DNA of 64,000 nt from Candidatus Parcubacteria bacterium (GTDB lineage: Bacteria > Patescibacteriota > Minisyncoccia > UBA6257 > 2-01-FULL-56-20): positions 3,390-67,389 of the forward strand of contig DAIEHA010000001.1 of the NCBI GenBank assembly GCA_027355945.1, read 5' to 3'. Positions within the stretch are counted from its first letter, which is position 1. Every line of letters starts with the position of its first letter. A program made the translations under genes and the position numbers. Shown piece after piece: positions 36,993 through 46,827 of the stretch. The notes beneath the pieces were generated by a model that worked only from the letters and a program-made list of their open reading frames with translations, had not been told where the DNA came from and did no database searches.

Positions 36993-38825
36993 ATGGATAT
37001 CCGCAACATCGCCATCATTGCTCACGTCGACCACGGCAAGACGACCCTCGTCGATGCCTTATTGAAGCAGTCCGTGAGTTTCAAGATGAAGACCGGCGCC
37101 ACGGCGGATCTCATCATGGATTCCAACGAGCTTGAACGGGAGCGTGGTATCACCATCTTTTCGAAGAACGCCTCGGTGATATACAAAGATACGAAGATCA
37201 ACATCGTGGACACCCCGGGCCACGCCGATTTCGGCGGTGAGGTCGAGCGCATCATGCGCATGGTGGACGGCGTCCTTCTCCTCGTGGATGCGAAAGAGGG
37301 GCCCATGCCGCAGACGAAGTTCGTGCTGCGCAAGGCGATCCAGGCGGGCCACAAAGTGGTCGTCGTGGTGAACAAGATCGATAAGCCGGACGCTCGGCCC
37401 GAGTGGGCGCTCGATGCCACCTACGACCTCTTCTTCGAACTCGACGCCACCGAGGAGCAGATCGAGTTCCCGATCATCTATGCATCGGGAGTGCAGGGGA
37501 AGGCCGGCATGACGAACGCACTCGAGGAGATGAAGGATATCGAGCCGGTGTTCGAAGCGATCGTGAAGCATCTTCCGCCTCCGCAGAAACCGACGGAGGA
37601 CATGGAGAACGTCCTTCAAATGCTCACCGTGAACCTCGCGAATGATAACTACAAAGGGAAGATCGCCATCGGTCGCATCTATTCCGGTACGCTCAAGAAG
37701 GCGATGAACGTCGCCCACATCACCCGGAAGGGCGAGGTGAAAAAGGCATCGATCGCATCGGTCATGGTGTTCGACGGCCTTGGCCGCGTGGATGTGGAAT
37801 CGGCGGGAGCGGGAGAGATCGTCGCGATCGCGGGCATCCCCGACATCTCGATCGGCGAGACGATCGCGGACGTGGAGCGTCCGATCGCCCTGCCCACGAT
37901 CCATATCGACGAGCCTACCATCAAGATGACGTTCAGCGTGAACACCTCGCCGTTTCGCGGCAAGGAGGGCAAGTTCACGACCTCGCGCCAGATCAGCGAC
38001 CGGCTCAACAAGGAATTGGAGACCGACGTTGCGCTCGCGGTGACGACCATGGATACGACCGATCGCTGGACGGTCGCCGGTCGTGGCGAGCTGCACCTCG
38101 CTATTTTGATAGAGAAGATGCGCCGCGAAGGGTTTGAGCTCGAGGTTTCGAAGCCTCAGGTTATCTATAAAGAAGAGGGCGGTAAGAAGACCGAACCCGT
38201 CGAGCTCGTGTCCGTCGAGGTGCCCGAACAGTATTCCGGCACGGTGATCGAAATGCTCGGAAAGCGGCTCGGCATCATGCGCAATATGCGCGTGGACGAC
38301 AAGGGCAATGCCTTCATGGAGTTCGAGACGCCGACGCGCGGCCTCATCGGTATCCGCAATCGGTTCCTCACGGCGACGAAAGGCACCGGCATCATGAACA
38401 GCATCTTCCTCGGGTATCAGCCGTACCGAGGCGACATCACCGCCATTCCGCATGGTTCGATCGTGGCAACCCAGCAGGGCGTTTCGAATAACTACGGGCT
38501 TGTGACCGCGCAGGGGCGCGGCAAGCTCTTTATCAGCGCTGGCGTGCCGGTGTACGAGGGCATGGTCGTGGGCGAGAATGCGAAGGAGGGCGATATCCTG
38601 GTCCATGTGGCGCGCGAGAAGCAGCTTACGAACTTCCGCGCAAAGAACGAGGGCCTCGCCGATTTCCTGGAGGTGCCCGTCACGATGTCGCTCGAAGACG
38701 CACTCGATTACATCGATGACGAAGAGCTCGTCGAGATCACCCCGCAGAACATCCGCATCCGTAAGAAATATCTTACCGAGAACGACCGCAAGAAGGCAGG
38801 CCGTTCCGCGGCTTCGGCGGAATAA
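36993..38825 (+). CDS. typA: Translational GTPase TypA/BipA
   Basis: MDIRNIAIIAHVDHGKTTLVDALLKQS...DTPGHADFGGEVER...NKIDKPDARP; 610 aa. Confidence 0.92.
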   Translation: MDIRNIAIIAHVDHGKTTLVDALLKQSVSFKMKTGATADLIMDSNELERERGITIFSKNASVIYKDTKINIVDTPGHADFGGEVERIMRMVDGVLLLVDAKEGPMPQTKFVLRKAIQAGHKVVVVVNKIDKPDARPEWALDATYDLFFELDATEEQIEFPIIYASGVQGKAGMTNALEEMKDIEPVFEAIVKHLPPPQKPTEDMENVLQMLTVNLANDNYKGKIAIGRIYSGTLKKAMNVAHITRKGEVKKASIASVMVFDGLGRVDVESAGAGEIVAIAGIPDISIGETIADVERPIALPTIHIDEPTIKMTFSVNTSPFRGKEGKFTTSRQISDRLNKELETDVALAVTTMDTTDRWTVAGRGELHLAILIEKMRREGFELEVSKPQVIYKEEGGKKTEPVELVSVEVPEQYSGTVIEMLGKRLGIMRNMRVDDKGNAFMEFETPTRGLIGIRNRFLTATKGTGIMNSIFLGYQPYRGDITAIPHGSIVATQQGVSNNYGLVTAQGRGKLFISAGVPVYEGMVVGENAKEGDILVHVAREKQLTNFRAKNEGLADFLEVPVTMSLEDALDYIDDEELVEITPQNIRIRKKYLTENDRKKAGRSAASAE

Positions 38826-38870
38826 AGGGTGCGGGGGATAGGGGATGCGCGGAGGCGGAAAGGGGTCTGC

Positions 38871-38907
38871 AAAAAAAGCCGTACGGCAGCAAGCGCTGCG
38901 GTACGGC
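38871..38907 (-). terminator. Rho-independent terminator for minus-strand gene 38918-39310
   Basis: GCCGTACGGCAGC (loop aagc) GCTGCGGTACGGC, near-perfect 12-bp stem, followed on the minus strand by TTTTTTT. Confidence 0.65.
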
Positions 38908-38917
38908 CGATCTTATC

Positions 38918-39310
38918 CTAGCGATCTTTCAGCGTGAGCCCGCTTTGGGCGAACATCCGTTCGATCGCCTTCAGGGTCTCGCGTCCTGCATTCCTCCTGC
39001 TCAGAATGCTCTTCCTCGACATGGTCCGAAGAAAGTCGTGCATGGTCGGGATGCCCTTGGAGAGCATCCGTATCTTCGTGAGGACGAACCGGGCGGTGAT
39101 GCCGGCTTCATGCATGCGCTCCGGAGTGAAATAATCCTCGGGCTTCATATGGAAGAGCCGGGGATTTTCGTTCCCCGGATGCACGATGAGGATGCATTCG
39201 ATGAACTCGCCCGGTGCGAGCAGGTTCTTCCGTTTCGCACGTGATTCCGTGAGATGGGCCCAGCTTTCCTCTTCAGTGCGGAGGAAGGTGGTCAGTTCGG
39301 ACGACGGCAT
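38918..39310 (-). CDS. Hypothetical protein, possible HTH in C-terminal half
   Basis: 130 aa ORF; ...MHDFLRTMSRKSILSRRNAGRETLKAIERMFAQSGLTLKDR resembles a sigma region-4-like HTH (weak). Confidence 0.4.
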   Translation of the reverse strand: MPSSELTTFLRTEEESWAHLTESRAKRKNLLAPGEFIECILIVHPGNENPRLFHMKPEDYFTPERMHEAGITARFVLTKIRMLSKGIPTMHDFLRTMSRKSILSRRNAGRETLKAIERMFAQSGLTLKDR

Positions 39311-39498
39311 TGCCGAACCTCCTGTGCGCGGTTGCGCTGACCATATAATAAAAGAAAAATATGAATAGTCAATTATTGTGCGGTTGCGCGCGATGCGCGA
39401 CGTACGGAATCGCTTGCGGATGAAGGATGCCCCGTGAGAGAATGGGTGTATGGAGAAGGGTGGGAAAAAGGAGGTCGCGCCATGGAGCGGGGCATTCT

Positions 39499-39915
39499 AT
39501 GATGCCGAGTATCGGAAAAATTACCGAAAACATGAGATCCGACGATGAATTGAGGGAGAGGGATCCGCAGCTCTATCGGGTTGCGCGGCAGGGCGCAACG
39601 GAGGCGCCGTTCACGGGAAGGTACGTGGATGAGCATGCGGACGGGGCATATAGATGCGCGGTATGCGGGACGGAGCTTTTTTCGTCCGCCACGAAGTTCG
39701 ATTCCGGGACCGGCTGGCCAAGCTTCACCGAACCTGCGAACTCGGGGAATGTGGAGCTCAGGAATGACGAAAGTCTCGGCATGCGCCGCACCGAGGTCGT
39801 ATGCAGGAATTGCGGCGCACATCTCGGCCACGTCTTCGATGACGGTCCTGCCGATAAGGGCGGCAAGCGCTACTGCATCAACTCGGTATGCCTCGATCTC
39901 GAAAAGGAGGGGTGA
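39499..39915 (+). CDS. msrB: Peptide-methionine (R)-S-oxide reductase
   Basis: [17 protein letters not shown]...[11 protein letters not shown]...GWPSF...[16 protein letters not shown]; start uncertain between 39499 and 39532. Confidence 0.85.
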   Translation: MMPSIGKITENMRSDDELRERDPQLYRVARQGATEAPFTGRYVDEHADGAYRCAVCGTELFSSATKFDSGTGWPSFTEPANSGNVELRNDESLGMRRTEVVCRNCGAHLGHVFDDGPADKGGKRYCINSVCLDLEKEG

Positions 39916-39934
39916 GGCGCCGCAGTACGATCGC

Positions 39935-41392
39935 TCAGAGCGATCCGAGGTCGAGCGTATGGTCGACCCTGATCTGCCGCACGAACTCCTCCATGTGGCT
40001 CACGAGGACCATTGCGCCTTCGTAGCGATCGAGCGCTGCGGCGATGATCGGAAGATGGCGGAAGTTGATATGATTCGTCGGCTCGTCGAGGATGAGGAGG
40101 CCGGGCGCCTCAAGCGAGAGTTTCGCGAACGCAACGAGGCCTTTCTGCCCTTCGGAAAGCGTACCGATCGTTGCGCGCAGCACTTCGGCATCGAGGAGGA
40201 ATCCTGCGGCATGGGAGCGGAGTTTCTCCTCATCGCCTTCGCGCATGGCGTCGGCAAGGGTATGCCAGACGGTGTCATTGAAATCGAGCGTTGAGAAATC
40301 CTGGCGGTAATACCCGATCTTCGTGCCGGGTTCTATCGTCACGCCTTTGGTGTTTCCCGAAGCGAGAGCCTCGAGGAAGGTCGTTTTACCGATGCCATTG
40401 GGGCCTTCGAGACGGAGCCGTTCGCCCCTTTTGAGCGCGAGAGGATGGGGGAGCTTCTTCTGGGCCGCCTTATGGCGCGTCACGACGGAGACGGACCCTA
40501 TCTCGATGATCTTTCCGGAGAGGCCTTGCTGGCAGGGGATGGCGAAATTGCGGATCGTACGATCCTCGCGGCGCTCCTCGGGAATGTCCTCTTCGAGCTC
40601 GTCGATCCTCTCCCACATCTTGCGTGCGACATCGCGCATATGGCCGCCCTTCTGTGCAAAGAAGTTCGCTTGATCTTTGCGATGCTGGATGTCCTTCTCG
40701 ATGCGCACCTTCTTCATGCGTTCGCGTTCGAGCCGTGCGGAGATCTCCTTTACGACGTCGAAATAGTTCCCGACGTATTGCTCGATCTTCTTCGTGAACA
40801 CATCGAGGTAGAGCACTCCCTGCGTGAACGCGTTGAGGAAATCCGCATCGTGGGAAATGACGATGCATGTTTTTTGAGAATCCTTGAGGAACTGGGTGAG
40901 GTGCGCGATGCCTTCTTTGTCGAGGTTGTTGGTCGGCTCGTCGAGAAGCAGGAGATCGGGGTCCTGGATGAGCGCTTGGGCAAGGAGAAGGCGCGCCTGC
41001 TGGCCTCCCGAGAATGAGCGGAGGATGCGATCGAGGGGCGCCGAGAGGTTCACCACGTCAAGGACCTTCTTGATGCGCGGCTCGATGTCATATATCTTCT
41101 TCCCCGCGAACGCGCGCTCGAAGAACTCGAGCACCGTGCGGTCGAGGAGATCCCGGGGAATGACCTGCTTCGCGATGGCCATCGTCATGCCGTTCCCGAG
41201 CGTGATATCGCCTTCCTCGGGATGGATCTCCTGCATGATGAGGCGGAAGATGGTCGTCTTTCCTGCGCCGTTCTGCCCCATGAGCGTCACTTTCATTCCG
41301 CGTCGCAGCGAAAACACGGCCTCCTCGAGGATCTTCCTCTTCCCGTATTCAAAAGTGACTTCGTTGAATCTGAGGATGATTTCGTTCGCCAT
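39935..41392 (-). CDS. ABC-F family ATPase (two tandem ABC domains, no TMD)
   Basis: Two Walker A motifs (GQNGAGKTT, GPNGIGKTT) and two signature motifs (FSGGQQARL, LSEGQKGLV) separated by a charged linker. Confidence 0.85.
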   Translation of the reverse strand: MANEIILRFNEVTFEYGKRKILEEAVFSLRRGMKVTLMGQNGAGKTTIFRLIMQEIHPEEGDITLGNGMTMAIAKQVIPRDLLDRTVLEFFERAFAGKKIYDIEPRIKKVLDVVNLSAPLDRILRSFSGGQQARLLLAQALIQDPDLLLLDEPTNNLDKEGIAHLTQFLKDSQKTCIVISHDADFLNAFTQGVLYLDVFTKKIEQYVGNYFDVVKEISARLERERMKKVRIEKDIQHRKDQANFFAQKGGHMRDVARKMWERIDELEEDIPEERREDRTIRNFAIPCQQGLSGKIIEIGSVSVVTRHKAAQKKLPHPLALKRGERLRLEGPNGIGKTTFLEALASGNTKGVTIEPGTKIGYYRQDFSTLDFNDTVWHTLADAMREGDEEKLRSHAAGFLLDAEVLRATIGTLSEGQKGLVAFAKLSLEAPGLLILDEPTNHINFRHLPIIAAALDRYEGAMVLVSHMEEFVRQIRVDHTLDLGSL

Positions 41393-41476
41393 GGGATCGC
41401 TTAAAAAAGAATACGCGCGTCGGGCGCGTTCCTTGTGCGTATGATACCAGAATAACGGCGATTGGTAAACAGGGGC

Positions 41477-42481
41477 CTAGCGTTTCGAGGCGCGGACGGT
41501 CCCGCCGTCCTTCCGGGGTCCGTTCTCGATGACGTTCAGGATGCGCTTCATGGCATCCATGCTTGCGTCATCGAGGATCGAGATGGCGATCGCGCTGCGG
41601 TCGATCCGCCTCAATGCGGCAAGCTTCTTTTTGAGCGCCGCGGGCTCGACCGCATCGGCCTTCGTGAGGAAGAGGCGTTCGGGCTTTTTGAGAAGCGTGC
41701 GGTTATAAGCGCCGAGCTCCTTGCGGATCGTCTTATAATCGCCCGCGGGCGATTCCGATTCCGCGGAGATGAAGTGGAAGAGGATGCGGGTGCGCTCGAT
41801 GTGCCTCAGGAACTTTATGCCGAGGCCCTTCCCCGAGGACGACCCTTCGATAAGGCCGGGAATGTCCGCGAGGATGAGCCCGTAATACACTCCGAGGTGC
41901 GGCTCGAGCGTCGTGAAGGAATAGTTCGCAACCTTGCTCCCGGCATTCGTGAGTTCGTTGAGGAGGCTCGATTTTCCGACGTTCGGCAGTCCGACGAATC
42001 CTATGTCGGCGATGAATTTGAGTTCGAGGCGGAATTCGAAGGATTCCCCGGGAAGGCCTGGTTGGAATTGCGTGGGCGAGGTGTTGCGGGAGGAGCGGAA
42101 GAGGAAATTCCCTTTTCCTCCATTGCCTCCTTTTGCGAGGAGCACGCGGGCGTCCGCTCCCGTGCGATCGATCTCGATATCGTTGCCGGTCGAAAGGTTA
42201 TGGGCCACCGTGCCGACGGGAACTTTGAGAATGAGGTCCTTGCCGTCCCGTCCGTCGCGGAACTGGCCTCGCCCTTCCATGCCATCCTCTGCGGGAAACT
42301 CCTTTTTATAGCGGAACTGTCCGAGCGCGGAAAGATCGGAAACCCCTTCGGCGTAGACGCTGCCACCCTTTCCGCCGCTCCCTCCCGCAGGGCCGAGCGA
42401 CATCAGATTCTTATTGAATGAGACCGCGCCTTTGCCGCCCTTGCCGGCAGATATGCGGATGGTTACGTCGTCGATGAGCAT
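41477..42481 (-). CDS. obg: GTPase Obg/CgtA
   Basis: MLIDDVTIRISAGKGGKGAVSF... a Gly-rich Obg fold, then GFVGLPNVGKSSLLN...DIPGLIEGSS. Confidence 0.88.
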   Translation of the reverse strand: MLIDDVTIRISAGKGGKGAVSFNKNLMSLGPAGGSGGKGGSVYAEGVSDLSALGQFRYKKEFPAEDGMEGRGQFRDGRDGKDLILKVPVGTVAHNLSTGNDIEIDRTGADARVLLAKGGNGGKGNFLFRSSRNTSPTQFQPGLPGESFEFRLELKFIADIGFVGLPNVGKSSLLNELTNAGSKVANYSFTTLEPHLGVYYGLILADIPGLIEGSSSGKGLGIKFLRHIERTRILFHFISAESESPAGDYKTIRKELGAYNRTLLKKPERLFLTKADAVEPAALKKKLAALRRIDRSAIAISILDDASMDAMKRILNVIENGPRKDGGTVRASKR

Positions 42482-42518
42482 AGGATGGGAGAGTGTCGGA
42501 AGAGTGGGAAAGTGATCC

Positions 42519-43226
42519 TTACATTTCCGCTTCGGGTTTGCCGGATTCGATGAGTGCGATGGTCTTTTCCGCAACCTGTTCCGGCGTGTCGATCTCCATT
42601 TCCGCCGCATGCGGGCGGGTGTTGAAATCGATTTTCTCGCCGAGGGCGTTCTTCCCGAAGTTCGTGGCGGTCATTTTCGGATGGATGAGCGACACGATGA
42701 TATTGTCGTGCTCGAGTTCTGCGCGCGCGGTGAGCGAGAGGGCGTTCAGCGCGTATTTCGTCGAAGCGTAGGCGCCGAGCATGGGGAAATAATTTTTCGA
42801 TACGCGGGAACTCACATTGATGATCGTGCCACCTCCCTGTGCGCGCATCTTCGGAATGACGAGCTGCATCGCGAAAAGGGGGCCGAACACGTTGAGGTTC
42901 ATGACGTGGCGGTACTGGTCGATGTCCACCGTTTCAATGGGGCCATAAAGCCCCTGCCCTGCGTTGTTCACGAGGATATCGATGCGGCCGTGGATCTCGA
43001 GCGTACGGTCGATGAGGTTCTGGATCTGGTTCTCGTCGGCCATATCGGTGCGCACGGCGACCGATCCGTTGCCGAGCGCATGGGCGAGTGCGGAAAGCTT
43101 CTCTTCGTTCCGCGCCGCAAGCACGACCTTCGCGCCCTTTGCAGCAAGCTGTTCCGCGATGGCTTTGCCGATACCTTCGGAGGCTCCGGTGACGATCGCC
43201 ACTTTATCTTTGATATTCATAGACAT
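42519..43226 (-). CDS. Short-chain dehydrogenase/reductase (SDR)
   Basis: VAIVTGASEGIGKAIA...NNAG...YASTKYAL; the TGxxxGxG, NNAG and YxxxK motifs. Confidence 0.85.
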   Translation of the reverse strand: MSMNIKDKVAIVTGASEGIGKAIAEQLAAKGAKVVLAARNEEKLSALAHALGNGSVAVRTDMADENQIQNLIDRTLEIHGRIDILVNNAGQGLYGPIETVDIDQYRHVMNLNVFGPLFAMQLVIPKMRAQGGGTIINVSSRVSKNYFPMLGAYASTKYALNALSLTARAELEHDNIIVSLIHPKMTATNFGKNALGEKIDFNTRPHAAEMEIDTPEQVAEKTIALIESGKPEAEM

Positions 43227-43238
43227 AGGTACAGTATA

Positions 43239-44309
43239 CTACACCGTTGCGGGATCAGAAATTTCCTCGTCGGAGGGATGTTCGGCATCGGTTCCTTCGA
43301 GCATGGCGAAGAGCTTCTCCTGGATGATCTGGGCCTCCGCCGTCCTGCGAAGCGATTGCTCCTCGCGTTCGGGGTGGCGGAGCTTCAGCCGCGCAATGCC
43401 GATCTGGACCTCCCGTTCCGAGGGATCGAGAGCCTCTTTATCCTTGATGGTGCGGATGACGAGGCTCGTTTTGATATCCTCTTCGATGAGCTCGCGCTCC
43501 TCCTTCTCGAGGTCCTCGGCGGTCTTTTTCATCTGTTTCAGATATTCCTCGAGCGAAAGGCCCGCGTCCGCGATCCTCCGATCGCGTTCCTCGATGAAGC
43601 CCTCGAATTCCTGCCTCACAAGCATCTCGGGGACCTTCACTTTCGCTTTCGCAACGATCGCCTTGATCATCGCGTCGCGCGTGCGGTCTTTCGCGATCAT
43701 CTCCTTTTCCCGGGAAAGGTTCTTTGCGATCTCGGCGCGGAATGCGGCCACGTTCTCGAAGGGTCCGAGCTTCTTCACATCGTCATCCGTGAGCGGGGGA
43801 AGTACGTCTCCCTCCTTTGCGGGCGCACCGATGCCGGTCATCTCGCGGATCCTTCCCACAGCCTCGTCGATCTCCTCCTCTTTCACCGAGGCATCTTCCT
43901 TTCGGGAAGCGACCTCTGTCGCGATCTTCTTGTAATCGGGAAGGGAGACCTCCGGTGCGAGCGCATAGCGGATCTTGAATTCGAGGGGCGCCTTCGGAGC
44001 GATCGCGACCACGGTGAGCTCGGGCCGTCCGAGGACGTCGAGCTTCTCATCGTCTGCGATGGCCTGCATGGCATCGCGGAGCGCTTCGTCCGCTGCACCT
44101 TCGAGCAGCCGCACCTCGCCCACGTGTTCGCGCACGAGATGCTGCGGAACTTTGCCTTTGCGGAATCCCGGGAGCGCAAGCTCCTCCGCATAGTGCAAAA
44201 GCTCCTCGATCATGTATTCCTCGAGCGCGTCGGGGGTGATATCGGCTTTGAATTCTACCTCGCCATGCTTTTCCGAGAGTTTTTTAAGATTGGAATATAG
44301 TGTCGCCAT
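43239..44309 (-). CDS. tig: Trigger factor (short form, 356 aa)
   Basis: N-terminal ribosome-binding signature ...ELALPGFRKGKVPQHLV...; no obvious PPIase domain. Confidence 0.7.
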   Translation of the reverse strand: MATLYSNLKKLSEKHGEVEFKADITPDALEEYMIEELLHYAEELALPGFRKGKVPQHLVREHVGEVRLLEGAADEALRDAMQAIADDEKLDVLGRPELTVVAIAPKAPLEFKIRYALAPEVSLPDYKKIATEVASRKEDASVKEEEIDEAVGRIREMTGIGAPAKEGDVLPPLTDDDVKKLGPFENVAAFRAEIAKNLSREKEMIAKDRTRDAMIKAIVAKAKVKVPEMLVRQEFEGFIEERDRRIADAGLSLEEYLKQMKKTAEDLEKEERELIEEDIKTSLVIRTIKDKEALDPSEREVQIGIARLKLRHPEREEQSLRRTAEAQIIQEKLFAMLEGTDAEHPSDEEISDPATV

Positions 44310-44363
44310 GGGTGTTGATTATACCTCGGCGCGCGGAAATAAAAAAGCGCCCGCCGCGAAGGG

Positions 44364-44963
44364 TCACGGCGAGGGCGCAAACGATCTATGGGGGTGCAAA
44401 CTGTCGAGAAGTATCAGGGAATAAGGGATCACGGAGGTTTCGACGTCGCCGATGAGCGTCTTCCTTTCCGGGCCGTAAAGGACTTTCACGTGCAGCCGTT
44501 CCCCCGAAAGCACGCGAGGGAGCCAGAAGGGATCGCCCGCCATAAGGTCCTCGTGCGGCGGGGCCTCCCTGAACCAGGTCGGTTCGGCGACCTCGCATGG
44601 TGCGGGGACCGGGATGCCGGCCCATTTCCATGCGAAATAGATCCATACCCTGCCTTGGACGAACAGGTGTTCGGTTTCCTGCGTCGTGGAATCAATGACC
44701 GCCACGAGGGTGAGGCTCAGCGGGGAGGCGACGAGGCCGAGCTCTTCTTTGAGCTCCCGGGATGCGATCCTGCGCGGGGTTTCCTTCGGATCCCCGATCC
44801 CTCCGGGGCCGTTCCACTTTCCGACGCCGATCTTTCTGAGCTTTTTTATGAAAAGCCATTCCGGACGTCCGTCATCGCATTTCCTTACGGGAAAGACGAC
44901 GGCCATATCAGGCAACCATTCCTCTCTCATCGTTCCTCCTTCCTTTTTCCGGGTCCGCCGCAA
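44364..44963 (-). CDS. NUDIX hydrolase
   Basis: Nudix box GGIGDPKETPRRIASRELKEELGL; start may be the internal ATG at 44930. Confidence 0.75.
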   Translation of the reverse strand: MRRTRKKEGGTMREEWLPDMAVVFPVRKCDDGRPEWLFIKKLRKIGVGKWNGPGGIGDPKETPRRIASRELKEELGLVASPLSLTLVAVIDSTTQETEHLFVQGRVWIYFAWKWAGIPVPAPCEVAEPTWFREAPPHEDLMAGDPFWLPRVLSGERLHVKVLYGPERKTLIGDVETSVIPYSLILLDSLHPHRSFAPSP

Positions 44964-45025
44964 TGCGGCATTCCGCTCCCTTCACTATTTCCCAATGGGG
45001 GAGAAAATGCAAACGGGCAGGACCG

Positions 45026-45598
45026 CTATCGGACCTCCTGCGCGCCTTCGCCGAGAAGCATGAGTGCGATGATGAGCGCGAACGCCGTGAGCGACATCGT
45101 GGGGATCGTCACATAGCCGAAGCGGACGAAATACACGAATGAGCAGCTGGGGCCGGTGGCGGAACAGGGGATGAGCGAATTGCCGCCGAATTGCAGATAG
45201 ACGTTATAGGCGGCGATGGGGAATCCGATGGCGGAAATGACGAGGCCCGCTTTCCTCATGAAATTGTCGAACGCGCGACGGCGTTCCGACTTTCTCGCGA
45301 TGAGACCGACCGCGAGTATCACGGCGAGGGTGTAAAGAAGTCCGCGCTGGATCCAGCACAGTTCGCAAGGGGCGAACCCCGCGACCTCCGAGAAGAACAG
45401 GCTCCCGATGACGGAAGCGGCGCCGATGGCGAAGGAGAACGGGATCGCGAACCGTCCGAGCCATGATGCAGCCTTTTTGCCCCAGCCACGGTCCTGGAGG
45501 GGGGTGAGAAGGAGGACGAAGAGGAAGAGTATGAATACGTCTGCGGCGATCGTGAGCACCGAAGAGAAATCGATTGCGAACGGTACGAGCGATGTCAT
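45026..45598 (-). CDS. dsbB: Disulfide bond formation protein B-like (DsbB/BdbC family)
   Basis: Four TM segments with Cys pairs (APCELCWIQR ... CSATGPSC). Confidence 0.7.
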   Translation of the reverse strand: MTSLVPFAIDFSSVLTIAADVFILFLFVLLLTPLQDRGWGKKAASWLGRFAIPFSFAIGAASVIGSLFFSEVAGFAPCELCWIQRGLLYTLAVILAVGLIARKSERRRAFDNFMRKAGLVISAIGFPIAAYNVYLQFGGNSLIPCSATGPSCSFVYFVRFGYVTIPTMSLTAFALIIALMLLGEGAQEVR

Positions 45599-45610
45599 GG
45601 AACGATTATA

Positions 45611-46069
45611 TCATGTCGAGGTCGGCATGGGACAGCTGGTCTTTGCGGCGAGCGTGGAGGGGTTCTGTACGCCGACGAGGCGCGAGCCGTCCGAAAACAC
45701 CCACGTGGGATAGTGCGTGACGCCGGCGCTCTTGCAGGAGGCGTTCTCGCTCCTGTCGGGGAGCGCGCATTCGTGGTAGGGGAGATAGGGTGCGCCCGTG
45801 CCGAATTTCGTCTTTTGCTGGGCGCAGTCGGGGCACCAGAATGCGCCATAGAACGTGGCTCCGGAACGTGCGATGCATCGTGCAAGGGCATCGTAGAGAT
45901 GGGGCGGCGGAGGAAGTTCGGCTGCATAGATGACGGCGCCGAGGAATGCGGAAATGACGAAAAGGATGCCGATGATGATATAGTTCCTGCGGATATCCCG
46001 GCGTATCTTTGCGATTTCTTCGGAGGTCTTCGGGAGAGAGGTCTCTTCGGGGGTATGTTCCGTGGCCAT
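45611..46069 (-). CDS. Membrane-anchored thioredoxin-like oxidoreductase (VKOR-associated Trx-type domain, DsbA-like role)
   Basis: N-terminal TM, then ATFYGAFWCPDCAQQKTKFG...YHEC...C...VTHYPTWVFSDG, matching the Trx-like domain usually fused to VKOR. Confidence 0.65.
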   Translation of the reverse strand: MATEHTPEETSLPKTSEEIAKIRRDIRRNYIIIGILFVISAFLGAVIYAAELPPPPHLYDALARCIARSGATFYGAFWCPDCAQQKTKFGTGAPYLPYHECALPDRSENASCKSAGVTHYPTWVFSDGSRLVGVQNPSTLAAKTSCPMPTST

Positions 46070-46260
46070 GTGATTAGTCTACTTGCTTGAGATATACTTC
46101 ACAATATGGAGAGGATCGGGAGGCTTTCCCGGGGGCGGGCATTCCGGGACGAAACAATAGTGAGGGTGGCGTCGTATTACCAACATAAGGATACCCTCGA
46201 AAGAACACGGTCGGTATGATTGTAGTAGACGTGTAGCGGTGCAGGGTATCGTATACCTCT

Positions 46261-46827
46261 ATGGACACACGCGATGAGCGCCGGGATGAGGAAGTGGCGG
46301 CAGACGTGCAAAAAGGGAACGCAGACTCCTTCAGGGTTCTTGTCGATCGCTATGAGCAGAAAATGGTGCGGTATGCGCGCCGCTTCCTCTTTGCGGGCGA
46401 TGAGGCGAAGGACCTCGTGCAAGAGGTGTTCATCAAGGCATACGTGAATATCCGGAGCTTCGACGCCGATCGTCGATTTTCGCCCTGGCTTTACCGCATC
46501 GCGCATAACGAATTCGTGAACGCACTCAAGAAGAAAAAGAAGGAGAGGATGAATATTTCCATATTCGATCTTGATGTCCTCTTTCCTTCGCTTACGCTCA
46601 CTGCACGGGAGACCGCTGACAGCGGTTTCACCAGGCATGAAATGAAGAAGATGCTCGAGGGATCACTCGAGAAGATCCCTGAAAAATACCGCGAACCGCT
46701 CGTGCTGTATTATTTTGACGATATGGATTACAAAGAAATCGCCGATGTGCTCCGTGTTCCGGTGTCGACCGTCGGCGTACGGCTTCAACGAGGGAAAACC
46801 ATGCTGCGAAAGCTCATACCGCAATGA
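46261..46827 (+). CDS. ECF-type sigma-70 family RNA polymerase sigma factor
   Basis: Region 2 (FSPWLYRIAHNEFVNALKK) and region 4 (YREPLVLYYFDDMDYKEIADVLRVPVSTVGVRLQRGK). Confidence 0.85.
   Translation: MDTRDERRDEEVAADVQKGNADSFRVLVDRYEQKMVRYARRFLFAGDEAKDLVQEVFIKAYVNIRSFDADRRFSPWLYRIAHNEFVNALKKKKKERMNISIFDLDVLFPSLTLTARETADSGFTRHEMKKMLEGSLEKIPEKYREPLVLYYFDDMDYKEIADVLRVPVSTVGVRLQRGKTMLRKLIPQ

Noticed and set aside
37059-38606. 515-aa minus-strand ORF antisense to typA
   Set aside because: TypA/BipA GTPase motifs are on the plus strand; GC-driven antisense ORF.
42609-44300. 563-aa plus-strand ORF antisense to SDR and trigger factor genes
   Set aside because: Both minus-strand genes have clear family signatures, and the plus ORF spans two genes and an intergenic gap.
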